Under the pieces are notes generated by a model. It saw only the letters and a program-made list of their open reading frames with translations, ran no database searches and had not been told where the DNA came from. Below are positions 50,250 to 63,529 of a DNA stretch of 64,000 nucleotides, piece after piece. Every line of letters begins with the position of its first letter. Positions within the stretch are counted from its first letter, which is position 1. The stretch comes from Mustelus asterias (Eukaryota): contig NC_135813.1 of the NCBI RefSeq assembly GCF_964213995.1, positions 61,132,001-61,196,000 on the forward strand. Reading direction: 5' to 3'. The position numbers were made by a program, and so were the translations under genes.

Positions 50250-52400
50250 CAGTTGATTAGGAGTTTTATGATCCATTTGTGGTAATGAGCAGGATCGATA
50301 AAGGGGAACCAGTGGATGTAACATAATTGGAGTTTCAAAAAGCATTTGATCAGGCACCGCACAAAAGGTAATAATATAAGATAAGAGCCCATAATGTTTG
50401 GGGTAGTATATTAGCATTGGTAGAGGATTGACTAACTGATAGAAGAGAGTCAGGAAAAGAGGTGCATTTTCAGGATGGCAAACTGTAACTCGTGGAGTGC
50501 CACAAGGATTAGTGCTGGGGCCGCAGTTGTTAAGAGGATATATTCACGACTTGGATGAGAGAAGTGAAGTTTTCCAAGTTTGGGGGCGACGCAAAATAGA
50601 AATGAAGGCAAGTGGAGAGGATGACACAAAGAGTCTACAGACGGATATAGACAGGTTAGGTTTGTGAGCAAAAACTTGGCAGATGGAATGCAAAGCAGGA
50701 AACTGTGAAGTTTGCCATTTGGTAGGAAGAATAAAGGAGCAGAATATTATTTAAATTGAGAAAGGCAGAAAACTGGAGCACAGAGGGATTTGGGGGTCCT
50801 CGTGTCTAAATCACAAAATGCTAGCATGCAAGTTTAGCAGGTAATTTCGACGATAGATAGAATGTTCTTTATTTCAAAGGGAACGGAGTATAACAGGGAT
50901 GTCTTGCTAAAACTATTTAAGGCACTACTTAGACCAAATCTGGAATATTGTGAACAGTTTTAGTTACCATAATCTAAGGAAAGATACACTGGCATTGGAT
51001 GCAGTCCAGAGAAGGTTTACTAGATTGACCCTGGGTGCGGATTTTCTTATGAGGAGAGGTCTAATAGTTTGGGTCTGAACTCATTGGAGTTTAGAATAAT
51101 GAGAGGCGACATTATTGAGATATAAAGGATTCCCAGGTGCTTGACAGAGTAGATGCTGGGAGGATGTTTCCTCTTGTGGGAGACTCTAGGACCAGAGGGT
51201 ATGCTCTCAGAATAAGGGGTCGTCCAATTAAGACAGGGATGAGGAGCAGGTTCTTCTCTCAGTGTGCAGTGAATCTGCGGACATCCTTGCCACAGAGATC
51301 TATAGATGCTGTGTCGTTAAGTATGATCAAGGTTTACATAGTTTTTGTAATCAGTAGGGGAATCAAAGGTTATGCAGATAATGCGCGATAGTGGAGTTAA
51401 GGCTTATATCAGGTCAACCATATTTTGATTGAATGGCAGAGCAGATTCTCTGGACCGAATGTCCTAATTCCGACATGGTATGGTCTGATGGTTTTGTGTC
51501 TTCGGAGTGATCACAGCTATGAATCGTGCACCACCACCAGTGGGTTACCGACAAGTTGGCATTGTGAGCATGCTTCTCCTGCGATCCCATGCGTGCACGG
51601 TGTAATTAGCTCTTATTGGTCGGCTGTGCTTTCAGCCTCTGCTCGTTTCCATGTGGAGCAGCGCACCACTAGGAGGTGTACTTCAAGCGGATATTCAGCC
51701 TGTGCTTTGCATCGATCAACTCCGACTGACTATGGGCTTCTATTGTGAGCCTACACATTATCTCACCGTGAATGTTGCCCTCTGGTCGTTTCGGTGCAGA
51801 ACCACCTCGCCTCAAATTTCACGGCGCTGTTTACGATATGCAGGGCTGTCCACTTGCTAATATGAATGCCATTTACCTTGCTAGGCTGTACCAGTTCATT
51901 GAAATACATATGACACTTGACTGCACCATGTTTATGTAACCACCCCGAATGACCGACAGCCTTGCCCAAATATGTCATATGAGGAGAAACTAAATCGGTT
52001 AGGAATGTATTCATTGGAGGTTAGAAGAGGGAGAGGGGATCTCATAGAAACTTATCAAATTCTAATAGGGTTCGGCAGGGTTGATTCAGAAAGAATGTTC
52101 CCGATGGTGGGGTGTGCAGAACTAGGGATCATAGTTTGAGAAGAAGGGTTAAACCTTTTAGAACTGAGGCGAGGAGAAATTTCTTCACCCAGAGGGTAGT
52201 CAATGTATGGAATTTACTACCACTACCACAGAATGAAGTTGAGGCCAATTTCAAGAAGAAATTAGGTATAACACTTGAAGCTAAAGTGATCAAGGGACAT
52301 GGGGAGAAGGGGGGATCAGGAAATTGAATTGAATGATCAGCCATGATCAAAATGAATGACGCAGCAGGCTCGAAGGGCCGAATTACCTATTTCTGCTTCT
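50250..52400 (+). mobile_element. Two degenerate CR1 fragments (~50250-51490 and ~51975-52400)
   Basis: FQKAFD, VPQGLVLGP, RTRG..L.IRG..FFSQ and terminal hairpins. Confidence 0.75.
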
Positions 52401-53187
52401 CGAGGCTAACCTCGTCCCTTTCACTGGGTGTACCACATCACTCAGTTTCGTTGTCACCTGCAGCAGCACCTTCAAGGAGACGCCAGTAAATCTTGAAATG
52501 TATTTGTTCCTCTTCCTTCTCTGAACATGGGTGTAATTATTGCAGTCTTTCAGCCGTCTGACGCAATTCTCATACGTATGGAAGGAAGGCTGGAATATCG
52601 TAACTAGAATTTCTGCTTTTGTACCCTCCTTTGCTGCAGGAAACAAGAATGCATCCATCTGAAAAGGATGACTTTCCCTGTTTCATTGATTGATTATCAA
52701 ACATCTATAGCTGTGTCAAATCAGTAAAGATAAACTGGAAGACGTGGTTATAGAAGGTTTTTTGGGACATTTTTTAGACAGCACATTCTGGAGCCAAACA
52801 GAGGTCAGGTTGGTCTCGTCTACAATTGGGCAGGATTAATTGATGACCTCGTAATAAAGAGCCTCGAGGTAATAGTGATCAGAACATGATGGAATTTAGC
52901 ATTCCGTTTGTGGGCTCAAGACCACTGTTTTAAATTTGACTAACGGCAATTACAAGGGTACAAAGACTTAGCTGGCCGAAGCAAATCCGGAAAAGAGATT
53001 AATAGTTAGATCAGTTGAAATGAGGTGGCAGGCATTTTCTAACTTGACCAAAGGTATGTTCCAGTGAGAAAGAAAGACACTCCGAGAGGAATGCACAATC
53101 TGTCGCTGACTAATGAAGTTAAAGAGAGTATCCTACTGATGGGAAAAGTTTAAAATTCTGCGAAAATCAGTGGTGATCAGAAGAAGA

Positions 53188-53603
53188 GAACATAGAACAG
53201 TACAGCACAGAACAGACCCTTCGGCCCACGATGTTGTGCCGAGCTTTATCTGAAACCAAGATCAAGCTATCCCACTCCCTATCATCCTGGTGTGGTCCAT
53301 GTGCCTATCCAATAACCGCTTAAATGTTCCTAAAGTGTCTGACTCCACTATCACTGCAGTCCATTCCACACCCCAACCACTCTCTGAGTAAAGAACCTAC
53401 CTCGGACATCCTTCCTATATCTCTCACCATGAACCCTATAGGTATACCCCCTTGGAATAGCTCCATCCACCCGAGGAAATAGTCTTTGAACGTTCACTCT
53501 ATCTATCCCTTTCATCATTTTATAAACTTCTATCAAGTCTCCCCTCAACCTCCTCCGCTCCAGAGAGAACAGCCCTAGCTCCCCCAACCTTTCCTCATAA
53601 GAC
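53188..53603 (-). mobile_element. CR1 subfamily A 3' end
   Basis: Near-identical to 31446-31870. Confidence 0.9.
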
Positions 53604-53713
53604 TGGTTATAAATTGTGAAAAATACGGATTTATAGCTAATTTGGAGACAAATGCGTTTTTCCATTAATATTTTGAGATATGTTAACAATTCTTAAAGAA
53701 ATGTACTTTCACT

Positions 53714-53785
53714 GTCCTTCTAGCGCAGTGGTCGCGTCCCTACTTCTGGACCAGACGCTCAGGTTCGAGTCCAGCCCAGGAAGGA
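53714..53785 (+). mobile_element. tRNA-derived SINE head
   Basis: A box TAGCGCAGTGG (53721-53731) and B box GGTTCGAGTCC (53762-53772). No proper cloverleaf. Confidence 0.55.
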
Positions 53786-56700
53786 GAGTTGAACGGACTG
53801 GTAAACCCCCACACTTCCCCAAAGGCTTATAAAGAACAGCGTGTCTGTGATGATCCGCTTATTAAACAAATGTCCGATGTATACAAAAGGCAACATTGCC
53901 ACATTCTGGTTTTGTTTCCTATGGGACAAAGAGATTGTGTAGTCCTTTCGAACTGATACCTACTGATGCGTTGAATTGAAATTGTCTAGCAGGTATATAA
54001 ATACCTGTGAACTTTGGAATAATCACACAATTAAGATTGTATCTGCTGTTCAGAATGTTATCATTAATTGAAAATATGTCATATCAAGAATTGGTTGAGA
54101 TTTTCCCCGGTGTGTTTATTGAAAAAGGGATCGGGCGGAGCGAATCCAAAATATGTCCCGACTTCAAGCCGAGATCATCAGAAATGCAGAAGGATTTTCT
54201 CTTGTGCGTTGGAAGTGGGAACCGGGTAAAACTAAATTGGTTTTTGGTGATGGAGTAAAAGAGGCCAATGAATCTCCATCAATTATCTAGCTTCATGCCC
54301 AGTGTTTACACGGGGATTTCTTCTGAATATTTTCAGGAGTTGCCGCTATGGAATGGGTGAAAGTTTCCGAAATTCCTGCATCATAGCACACATGTTTTGG
54401 GAATCAGATCAATATGAACATTCTGGAGCTGTTGCTAGAGTGAATTTAGCCCAAAACGTGTTCAGGATGTTGTAGTGCACGGAAATTAGAGTGCAACTTT
54501 AACAAAGGCAGCCACAACAATACGCACCAGACTCCGTGGAATGCGCAAGAAGAAGAGGAAGATACTTAAAAAGAGCCGAGAAAAAATGGTGCTTCGCTTG
54601 ATTAACTGACTCTCAAATAACCTCAGCGATATATTTCATCAGTACGTTTATCGTACATTTCGATGGTATGATGACAAGTGTAGCAACAGCATGAAGCAGC
54701 CAAACAAAGGAACAGGAAACGCAACATCAAAACATGGAGGGCGCTGTGGTATGTTGAGGGCTTCAGGGTTGTTAGTGCAGAGTTCATGGGCGGCACAGTG
54801 GCACAGTGGCAGACTGGCTAGCGCTGCTGCCTCACAGCACCAGGGACCCGGGTTCAATTCCGGCCTCGGGTGACTGGAGTTTGCACGTTCTCCCCGTGTC
54901 TGCGTGGGTTTCATCCAGGTGCTCAGCTTTCCTCCCACATTCCAAAGATGTGCAGGTTAAATGGATTGGTCACGGTAAATTGCCCCTTAGCGTGCAGGGT
55001 AAATACGTGAGATTGTGGGAATTGGGTCTGGGTGGGTTTGCAGCCAGTGCAGCCTCGATGAGCCAAATAGCCTCCTTCTGCACTGTAGAGATTCTATGAT
55101 TCTATGAGTTCTGGACGGATAATCACACCACGGTAGCTAGAGGAATCCAGTTCAATTAGTTCCATAAATCTGGAAGGAAAAGTGTTGTCCATTAAATTAT
55201 TAGATTGTTGAGAAAAAAACATTTGCTTCATGAACACAACTGAAGGCAGGAAATTTACCATCTCCAGTTAATATATGTGTGGCTCCGAAAACAACAGCCG
55301 TGTGATTGACTTGCAGCTTCCCACGGAAAATGCCCAAAAAGCCTCTCAGTTACATCAACATAGTCTAATAATAATAAAACCAGATGGCATGGACATCGCA
55401 TGCAACAATGCCATCCCCAGCCCTGTCGACGCTGGCTCCAATAGGCATAATGTTTAAGTTTTTTTCAAGATTACAAATTGTTCAAGTCACAAGAACCCGA
55501 ACACCGTACACCAATATAAGTATCGAATAATTTTGCATTCCTTAATTTAAAAGCTAATAGTTGCCTAATAGGTGCAGCTCCAATAACACTCAAGAATCTT
55601 GACACCATCCAGGATAAAGCAGCCCACATCTACAAACATTCAATCCCCCCACCACCGACACTCAGTAGCAGCACTGTGTACTATCTACAGTATGCACTGC
55701 AGCAATTCACCAAAGATCCTTAGATAGCACCTTTCAAACACACGACCACTTCCATCTAGAAGGACAAGGGCAGCAGATGTATGGGAACACCACCACCTGC
55801 ATGTTCCCCTCTTGGCCACTCACTATCCTGACTAGGAAATATATCGCTATTCCTTCGCATTCGCTGGGTCACAATCCTGGCATTCCCTCCCTGACGGCAG
55901 TGTGGGTCAAGCCACAGGACATGAACTGCAGCGATTCAAAAACGCAGCTCACCACCACTTTCTCAAGGGCAACTAGAGATGGGCAATAAATGCTGGCCAG
56001 CCAGCGACACCCATGTCCCACGAATGAATTTTTTTTAAAGTTGCTTAAAATCGGGTGCTCACAGCAGGTGGATTAGACACTTGTATTAACACATAGGGAA
56101 TACAGCAGAACGGTAGATTTTATCGTTCACCTGCACCTCCTTGCCCATTTGGCGCTACGGTGGCACAATGGCTAGCACTGCTGCCTCACAACGCCAATGT
56201 CACTCTCTGTGTGGAGTTTGCACATTCTCCCATGTCTGCATGAGTTTCCTCCAGGTGCTGCGATTTCTTCCCACAATCCAAACATGTGCGTGTTAGGTGC
56301 ATTGGCCATGTGTATTTGTCCATTAGTCCAGGGGGACTAGCCATGGGGTTGTGCGGACAGGGCCTGCGTGGGATTGTGGTCGGTGCAGACTCAATGGGCC
56401 GAATTGTCTCCTTTTGCACTGAGGATTCTATGACTTACTAGTCAAATCCTAGGAGGGCAACAGCCTTTCCATTTACGTAGATGCTCCTATAGTATCCCAA
56501 TTGCATCTATACCATATGCTTCAAGCACGAATCACTCCCTACAGCATGAAGTTCATTTTCCTCGCCATTATCTAGCTAAAGACATTTTTCGCTGAATTGC
56601 CTGTTCGATGTTTTGATGACGATGTTACACTCGTGGCTCCAGTTGAGTTATTTCTCAAAAGTGCAGATATTCTCTCTGTATCCACTCTTTCATACCTTTC

Positions 56701-58825
56701 AAAATTATAAAGACATTCGATAGGCCACTCCTCAGCCCTTTTCAAAGAAAAGAGAACTAGCGTCTTCATCATTCATGGACATGCACACACTAAAATTTTG
56801 GCTATAGCTCTTCCAAATCGTCTCTGCTTCCTGGTTAGGGGAAATTCCAGAAACATGACACCAACTGTGAACGTTGCTGCCATTGTCTATCGCCTCTTTT
56901 AAAGGTGCTGAAAAATTTAATAAGGTACGTCATGTAAGATCCATGAAGTAGTATGGATGTGTAAGAGCGTTTTTGTGGAAGGGTGTGTTGGTGGCTGGAG
57001 GATGGTTGATTGGGTGAGTGGCGAGTGTGCGTGGTGGGGAGTGTGGCGGAGTGTGCGGTCGTTCTATGTGGTAGTGGGGGAGGGGAGGGGCTTATGTGAT
57101 TGGATGGAGTAAGTCAGTGAGAAGATGCCGCAGTTTCCAATTAAACCAGCTGTCCTGAGCATCAAACATTTAGAAATTCCCCACCGTACAGCGATGGCTG
57201 GACGAAGTATAACATTTATCTTTTGTCGCCTAGTTAAGAAATATTACAGGGTTACCCTTTATGGAGTTCAATTATTTACTGCTCGAATAATGAAAGAACC
57301 GTCCTCATTTGGAAATCTTCCCGTTCTGTTCCCTATCAGTGGAAAGAGCAGAACGGAATGGGATATTCTAATGTTAACTTTCCAAATATGGCAGCTGCTG
57401 ATCTCATTATACGAACACAAGAATATATGAACAAGAAGCAGGAGTAGAATATTCAAGCACTCAAGCTTGCGTCACCAATACATAAATTCATGGCTTACCC
57501 GCGAGTATTTAACAGTGATCCATGGTTCTACATTCTCCCACGAGAGAATAAATCTTCTCCACATTTAAGCCTAGCCTGTCCAACCTTTCCTTGTAAGGCA
57601 ATAGCACCATCACCCTGTCTCCACCTCGCCCTATTCCAGGTATTATTCTGGGAACACTTCTCTGAATTGCTTCTAACACATTTATATCCTTTCTTAAATA
57701 AAGTGACAGTTATTGTAAGCAGCACATCAAATGTCGTGTAACTAATGTTGGCTAGTTTCAAACTCCATACTTTTAGTGTGTCTACAATGCTGTACTTTGA
57801 ATCAAATGTTACTTTCCAAAGTAATGTAACATGGTCAGAAGTCTAGAAGCCATTATACAGAAAACTACACCGTTACTGTATTATTGGAAACTAAATTAAA
57901 CCGTCAGCCTTATTGTAAAACAGTGCATAATTCATGAATAGATGTATTAGGATAGCTGGTGATATAACTAGCAAAACAAAAAGGTGATCATTTCTCTCAT
58001 TATAAACACGCTACACTATTTTTAATATAATTCTTAAACGATATCATAATTATAAAATGCAGCCTTCCCAAGCAGGCTGGAATAACGACATGGACCGCAG
58101 ACCTTTCGTTAATCTTGACTGAAGGAATAAACAGGCTTTTATTCAAGATGTTTTAATTATAAATCGCAGAAAGTTATGTTGGCAAATTATTTTTCGACAC
58201 TTAACCCACTTCAAGAAAATAACTATGGTTTCAGAGACGCTGCTGTCTTAAAGTTAAGGCAGCGTGTATAATTAGCTAAAACAGCAATCGGTTCGCTCTT
58301 ATTTCATTATTGACAAATTATAGACTAGTTGGCAATTTTCCAGCAATTGCATAAGCTTGGCTTTCAACAAATCCGAGGTTTAAGAAAAAGGCCCCAAGAA
58401 GACATCACGAGCAGTTAAGAATGTTGTGCACGTTGTCAGAACCTCCACTTCACGTCCTGTTATGAAAAGAATGGGGAGAAATCTGTTCAGTTGTTAAAGT
58501 TAAGTTTTCCTCTTTTACTGTTAATTGACACTACTTTTCATCATTTTGACCTGTTATTCTTTTAATGGTTAAGTAAACGTTTTGAATTCACCATTTGAAA
58601 TGTTTTTTTGCCATGCCGTTACATCTGTAAACCTGATATTATTTACAATTGGAGAGTTATTCCAATCAAGTGAACCCCATAAAAAATTAGTTGAACACTC
58701 GCATCTTATACCCCTATATAAGGTCCCATAGAACCATAGAAAATTACAGCTCAGAAACAGGCCTTTTGGCCCTTCTTGTCTGTGCCGAACCATTTTATGC
58801 CTAGTCCCACTGACCTGCAATAGAA

Positions 58826-58900
58826 CCCTATATCTACAGTGCAGGTATTTCCCTATATCTACAGTGCAGGTATTTCCCTATATCTACAGTGCAGGTATTT
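58826..58900 (+). repeat. 25-bp tandem repeat x3 at the 5' junction of a short minus-strand CR1 tail (~58727-58835)
   Basis: CCCTATATCTACAGTGCAGGTATTT three times. Confidence 0.95.
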
Positions 58901-59337
58901 CTTCAAAGAAATTTAATAAGTTGATTAAACATAATTTCCATTCCACAAAGCTATGTTGACTCTACCTAATTAGCTTGTGCTTATCTAAGTGCTCTGCTAC
59001 AACTTACTTAGTGGTAAGTTCAGTAATTTGCCCTATGACAGATTAATTGCCATGTAATTTCCCGCTTTCTGTACCGTTCCTTTTTTGAGTAATGGTGTTA
59101 TATTTGTATCTTTCAACCTAATGGTACTTTCCCGAACCGAGGGAGTTTTAGACAATTAAAACCTGCCTACCCAGCTGTTTCATTAAAGATCATCAGATGA
59201 CGTCCACCGGATCAAAGCTCTTGTCAGCCCGCAGCTGCAACAATTTACTCAGTGTCAATTTTCTGGTGACTGTAATTTTCCTGAGTTCCTCCCTCTCTTC
59301 CATTTCCTGGTTAATAGTTGCCGCTGGGAGGTTACTT

Positions 59338-59535
59338 GTAAGAAGTTTAACAACACCAGGTTAAAGTCCAACAGGTTTATTTGTAGCAAAAGCCACACAA
59401 GCTTTCGGAGCTCCAAGCCCCTTCTTCAGGTGAGTGGGAATTCTGTTCACAAACAGGGCATATAAAGACACAGACTCAATTTACATGAATAATGATTGGA
59501 ATGAGAATACTTACAGCTAATCAAGTCTTTAAGAT
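59338..59535 (-). mobile_element. Penelope-like element terminal repeat fragment
   Basis: caacaccaggttaaagtccaacaggtttatt terminus plus an embedded hammerhead motif. Confidence 0.7.
59392..59437 (-). ncRNA. Minimal type I hammerhead ribozyme motif
   Basis: CCA-CU-CAC CUGAAGA A GGGGC UUGGA GCUCC GAAA GCUU GUG UGG: both core boxes, stem II, palindromic AAGCUU stem III, stem I CAC/GUG. Confidence 0.72.
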
Positions 59536-60119
59536 ATGTATCCACATTACTGAAGAAATATGCAACATATCAGTTCAATTTATCTGCCATCTCCTGGTTT
59601 TCCAGTGTCAATACTGTGGACGCAATTTCTAGAGGACCAACACTCACTTTGATAAACCTTTTATTTTTAAAACATTTGTAGAAATCAACTTTTTACTATC
59701 TCTGTTTATATTTCTGGCTATCTTTCGATCATACTCTAATTTTCCCCTCGTTATTAATCTTTTAATCATCCTTTTCAGCTCCTTATATTATTTCCAACTT
59801 TCTGACGCCACCTGTACTTAGACAATTATCTGTTTTTCTTTAAGTTCAAAAGGATCTTATCCTTTCGGATTAAACATGGATGGTGGGTCATAAATTTGGA
59901 TAGTTTCTTGCTTGTTGGAATGTATCTTTTCCGAACATTCAGAAATATCCCCTTAAATGTTTTCCATTGCATCTCTCTGGACCTAATGCCTAACCTAATT
60001 TGTCAATTCACATCAACCAGCGCAACTTTCAGGACCTCATAAATACCCTTATTTAAATTTAAGGACATAGTGTCAGACCTAGTCCTTTCTCCCTCAAACT
60101 GAAAGTAAAATGCAATTAT

Positions 60120-60580
60120 ATAGCTTGGTGTGGCTCTTGCTCTGCCCAAGACCGCAAGGAACTACATAAGGTCGTTAATGTTGCCCAGTCCATCACTCAA
60201 ACCAGCCTCCCATCCATTGACTCTGTCTACAATTCCCGCTGCCTCGGCAAAGCAGCCAGCATAATTAAGGACCCCAAGCACCCCGGACATTCTCTCTTCC
60301 ACCTTCTTCCGTCGGGAAAAAGATACAAATGTCTGAGGTCACGTACCAACCGACTCAAGAACAGCTTCTTCCCTGCTGCCATTAGATTTTTGAATGAACT
60401 TACTTTGCATTAAGCTGATCTTTCTCTACACTCTAGCTATGATTGTAACACTACATTCGCACTCTTTCGTTTCCTTCTCTATGAACGGTATGCTTTGTCT
60501 GTATAGCGCGCAAGAAACAATACTTTTCATTGTATGCTAACACGTGTGACAACAATAAATTAAATCAAATCAAAATCAAA
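60120..60580 (+). mobile_element. Rex1/Babar-like LINE 3' end (shorter copies at ~11540-11811 and ~22510-22745)
   Basis: IIKDPKHPGHSLFHLLPSGKRY..RTNRLKNSFFPAAIR motif and (AAATC)n tail. Confidence 0.8.
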
Positions 60581-61940
60581 TATTACATTTACTGCACCTT
60601 CACTATGAGATTGTTATTCCATCTCATGCACACTACCAGGTTTAGCTCTGCTCTATGGTGGGTTCCAGATCATGCTGTTCTGAGAAACTATCCTGGAAAT
60701 ATTCAAAGAATTCCTCCTCTAGGCTACTTTTGCCCATCTGTCTTTTCCAGACTAAAATCTCCCATGATTATTGCAATGCCGTTCTGACAAGCTCCAATTA
60801 TTTCTTCCTTTATGCTACCCGCTACCACGTGGTTACTGCTCGGGGGCCTGTACAGGAATTCCACAAGTGACTCCTTGCAATTACCTTTTTACATCTCTCT
60901 CCAAACCATTTCCACATCAATGTTCCATGAATTTAGGTCATCTCTCTCTGTTGAGCTGACACCGTAATTGCATGCAGGAGCCACTCCACCAGATAGTCCA
61001 CATTTCTGCCCTTCCTAAATATGCTGTGCCCTTCAATATTCAGGTCCTCCTGCAGCCATATCTCCTTCTTTATGCGCACAGTAAGGGAAAGCTGGTGCCT
61101 CGCAGCCTTTCAGACTCTTCGGGGTGAAGATACAAGTCACTGCGAGATGAACCGAAGGAAACATTATCTTTTGGTCCAAACGACAGCTGTTCGTACGAGT
61201 GTGGTATCGTAATCTCATAATTCCAAGGTCTGTGTAATGTACATCAACACGGCACTGAAATTAATGTAATTTGCTCAAGATTAAATGTAATGTCCTTTCA
61301 AAGATGAAATAAAATGTTGGACTCCATTAATGCTGTTTGGAATAATTAGTTGACAGAACATTGCCATCAGGAATTGTGCTATATAAATGAGGTCTTCGGA
61401 GCGATGAACCTGAAACTGCAAGGAAGTTAATGTCATTGGGGCTTGAGTAGGGAGATGTGCGAAATAGAACAGTTGCTCGCATCTACCCTACACTTTGGCT
61501 TGATCTCTCTTTCAATTAAACAATGTCTAATTTATATGCACCATTTGAGAAATAGTTTCCTTTATTAGCTTTGCATAATTCCAATTAATTGTCCGATTGT
61601 CCAAAGGTTTGCAGGTTAGGCGGATTAGCTATACGAAATTGCCACTTAATGTCAAAACTAGGGAAGCTAATGTGGTAAGGTGCTCTTTCGGAGAGCCGGT
61701 GCAGATTCGTTGGGCCGAATGGCTTCCTTCTGCACTGTAAGGATTCTATGAATGCCAAGGAAACAGATTTTAGAGTGAAAAGCATTTAATTTAAAATCAA
61801 CCAACGGAATTTCATAGGAACACAATCAGTGTCGCCATGCTAAGATGGACAATAAAGTTTGTCTTCAACAGTTTCAGCATGTCATGAATAGTCTGCTATT
61901 TAAAAATCCTGAACATTCCCTTTTACAAACGCTAAGTAAA

Positions 61941-61989
61941 CCAATTCCAAAGATCCAATAAAGAGCCGCGACGTAATAGAAATTTGCAT
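61941..61989 (+). promoter_or_regulatory. VJ4 promoter: CCAAT x2, CGACGT, octamer
   Basis: CCAAT at 61941 and 61955, ATTTGCAT at 61982-61989. Homologous to the VJ3 promoter. Confidence 0.78.
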
Positions 61990-62108
61990 AATTCATAGAT
62001 GCAAACGTGATGTCCGGTGGTGTAAATGTTCTTAAAGATAAGTTTAGAAGCTGCTGTGTTATTAGTCTCGTGAAACATTTTGTTCTGAGCTCGATAATAA
62101 TCTACGAA

Positions 62109-62635
62109 GTGTTTGAGTGGCTTCGCCTTCTCGCCGTCCTGGCGCTATGTTTGCAACGTAAGTTCGGGCTGGAAAAACTTTTTCAAATTATCTTTCTGGT
62201 CCACTGATCGAGTGCAGTGCTTCAACTGGTTGGGTCTGAAATACAAATGTTCTCCGCTGTGCACAGAACGACGCTAAGCAATATTTTCTTATTTCTCCAG
62301 GTGCCAACTCCGCTCCTTTACTATCTCAGCGAGCGATCATCTCAACTTCACTGGGGAAAACTGCCAAAATCACTTGCACATGTCCGGAGGCAGCATGGCC
62401 AGTTACAACACCAAGTAGTATTGGCAGAAACCCGGCAGCGCCCCTGTCTTTGTTTGGGCGGACTATGATCCTTCTCGAGGTTCGGGGATTCCTGAGCGAT
62501 TCACTAGATCAAGGGACACATCGAAGAACGTTATGCATTTAACCATTTCCAATGTACTAGGCGATGATGTCGTTGATTATAATTGTGGTGCCCTGGGATT
62601 ACACAGTTGGTGGATTCACGTTCGGGATGTGGGCG
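62109..62635 (+). pseudogene. IGL: VJ4 germline-joined lambda pseudogene (VJ3 family): leader 62109-62157, VJ exon 62301-62635
   Basis: Start ATG>GTG, 1-nt deletion after the first Cys, conserved Trp>TAG (62416-62418), 1-nt insertion in CDR3, and deletion of GTKLN in J. Splice sites are retained. Confidence 0.9.
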
Positions 62636-63529
62636 GTAAGTGCAATTTTCGCCATGTGCGTCTAAGATTCTTAACCTTCGAATTTAGAAGTTCTGAGTTT
62701 ATCTAAGAACAGAAATGCTTTCGAACAAACATTATCATTATCTCTTGGTGTTTACAAAGAGATGCGTACATACCACTCCCTCCCCCACCCCAAGAAATGT
62801 TCCAGAAAATGTCACATAATATTGGTGTTTTAAATCCTTGGGCATTTTCTTACTATGGAAAGACATTGCAATTGAGCTTGTCCCGGTTTAATGATGATAC
62901 TTTTATAATGCATGTTAATCTACATAAAACGCTGATGACAATCATGTAGATACTTACCACTTACCTGTATGTGCCGTGCTGTGGTTTATCTTTCGTGTAG
63001 GATTTAAAATACATTCAGCGAAACCATTAATGTGAAACATTTTATAATTCTCCCACACGATGGTTTTAAGTAGTCGGAGTCAGAGAGTTGGATCCTATGA
63101 ATTTTCTGGGAAGATTCATTGTTCTATAGGCTCAGCAAAAATGATTCCGTTGTTGCGACATTTTCAACAATGTGTTTCCTGTTAGCCATATATTCATAAC
63201 TTCACTAGTAAGTAATAAATAACAATACTACACCCCAATTGGTTTTGAAATTTTAGTATCAATTGCACATTTTAAGAAGTTGATGTTCTTTTTTAGAGAT
63301 GTGGTATTGAGATTATCAAAGATAAAAAAGGGAATAGAGGTTTGTTGTCTTACGAAATACTTTATAGGTGGACGTTGTGATTCCTGTTTAGTGCGGCCGT
63401 TCAAAGTTTTTTTTTAGGAAACTAGAAAATAATGGCGGGACAGAGATTAGCTGAATTCCATCACTTCCTGGGCACTTATGATCTCCGGAAGATTGACTGC
63501 TCACCATGATGAATTCCGGAAAAGTATAT

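Larger units (their letters stand above)
58900..60900 (-). mobile_element. Old CR1 LINE interrupted by Penelope-like and Rex1-like inserts
   Basis: Degenerate antisense ORF2 remnants. Confidence 0.6.

Noticed and set aside
53714-53785. Functional tRNA gene
   Set aside because: A/B boxes are present but the anticodon and acceptor arms are non-canonical. It fits a SINE head.
58826-58900. Direct repeats as a CRISPR-like array
   Set aside because: Head-to-tail units without spacers, in eukaryotic DNA.
62007-62207. Upstream in-frame start rescuing the VJ4 leader
   Set aside because: It lies upstream of the probable TATA-like site, and the VJ exon has frameshifts and a stop regardless.
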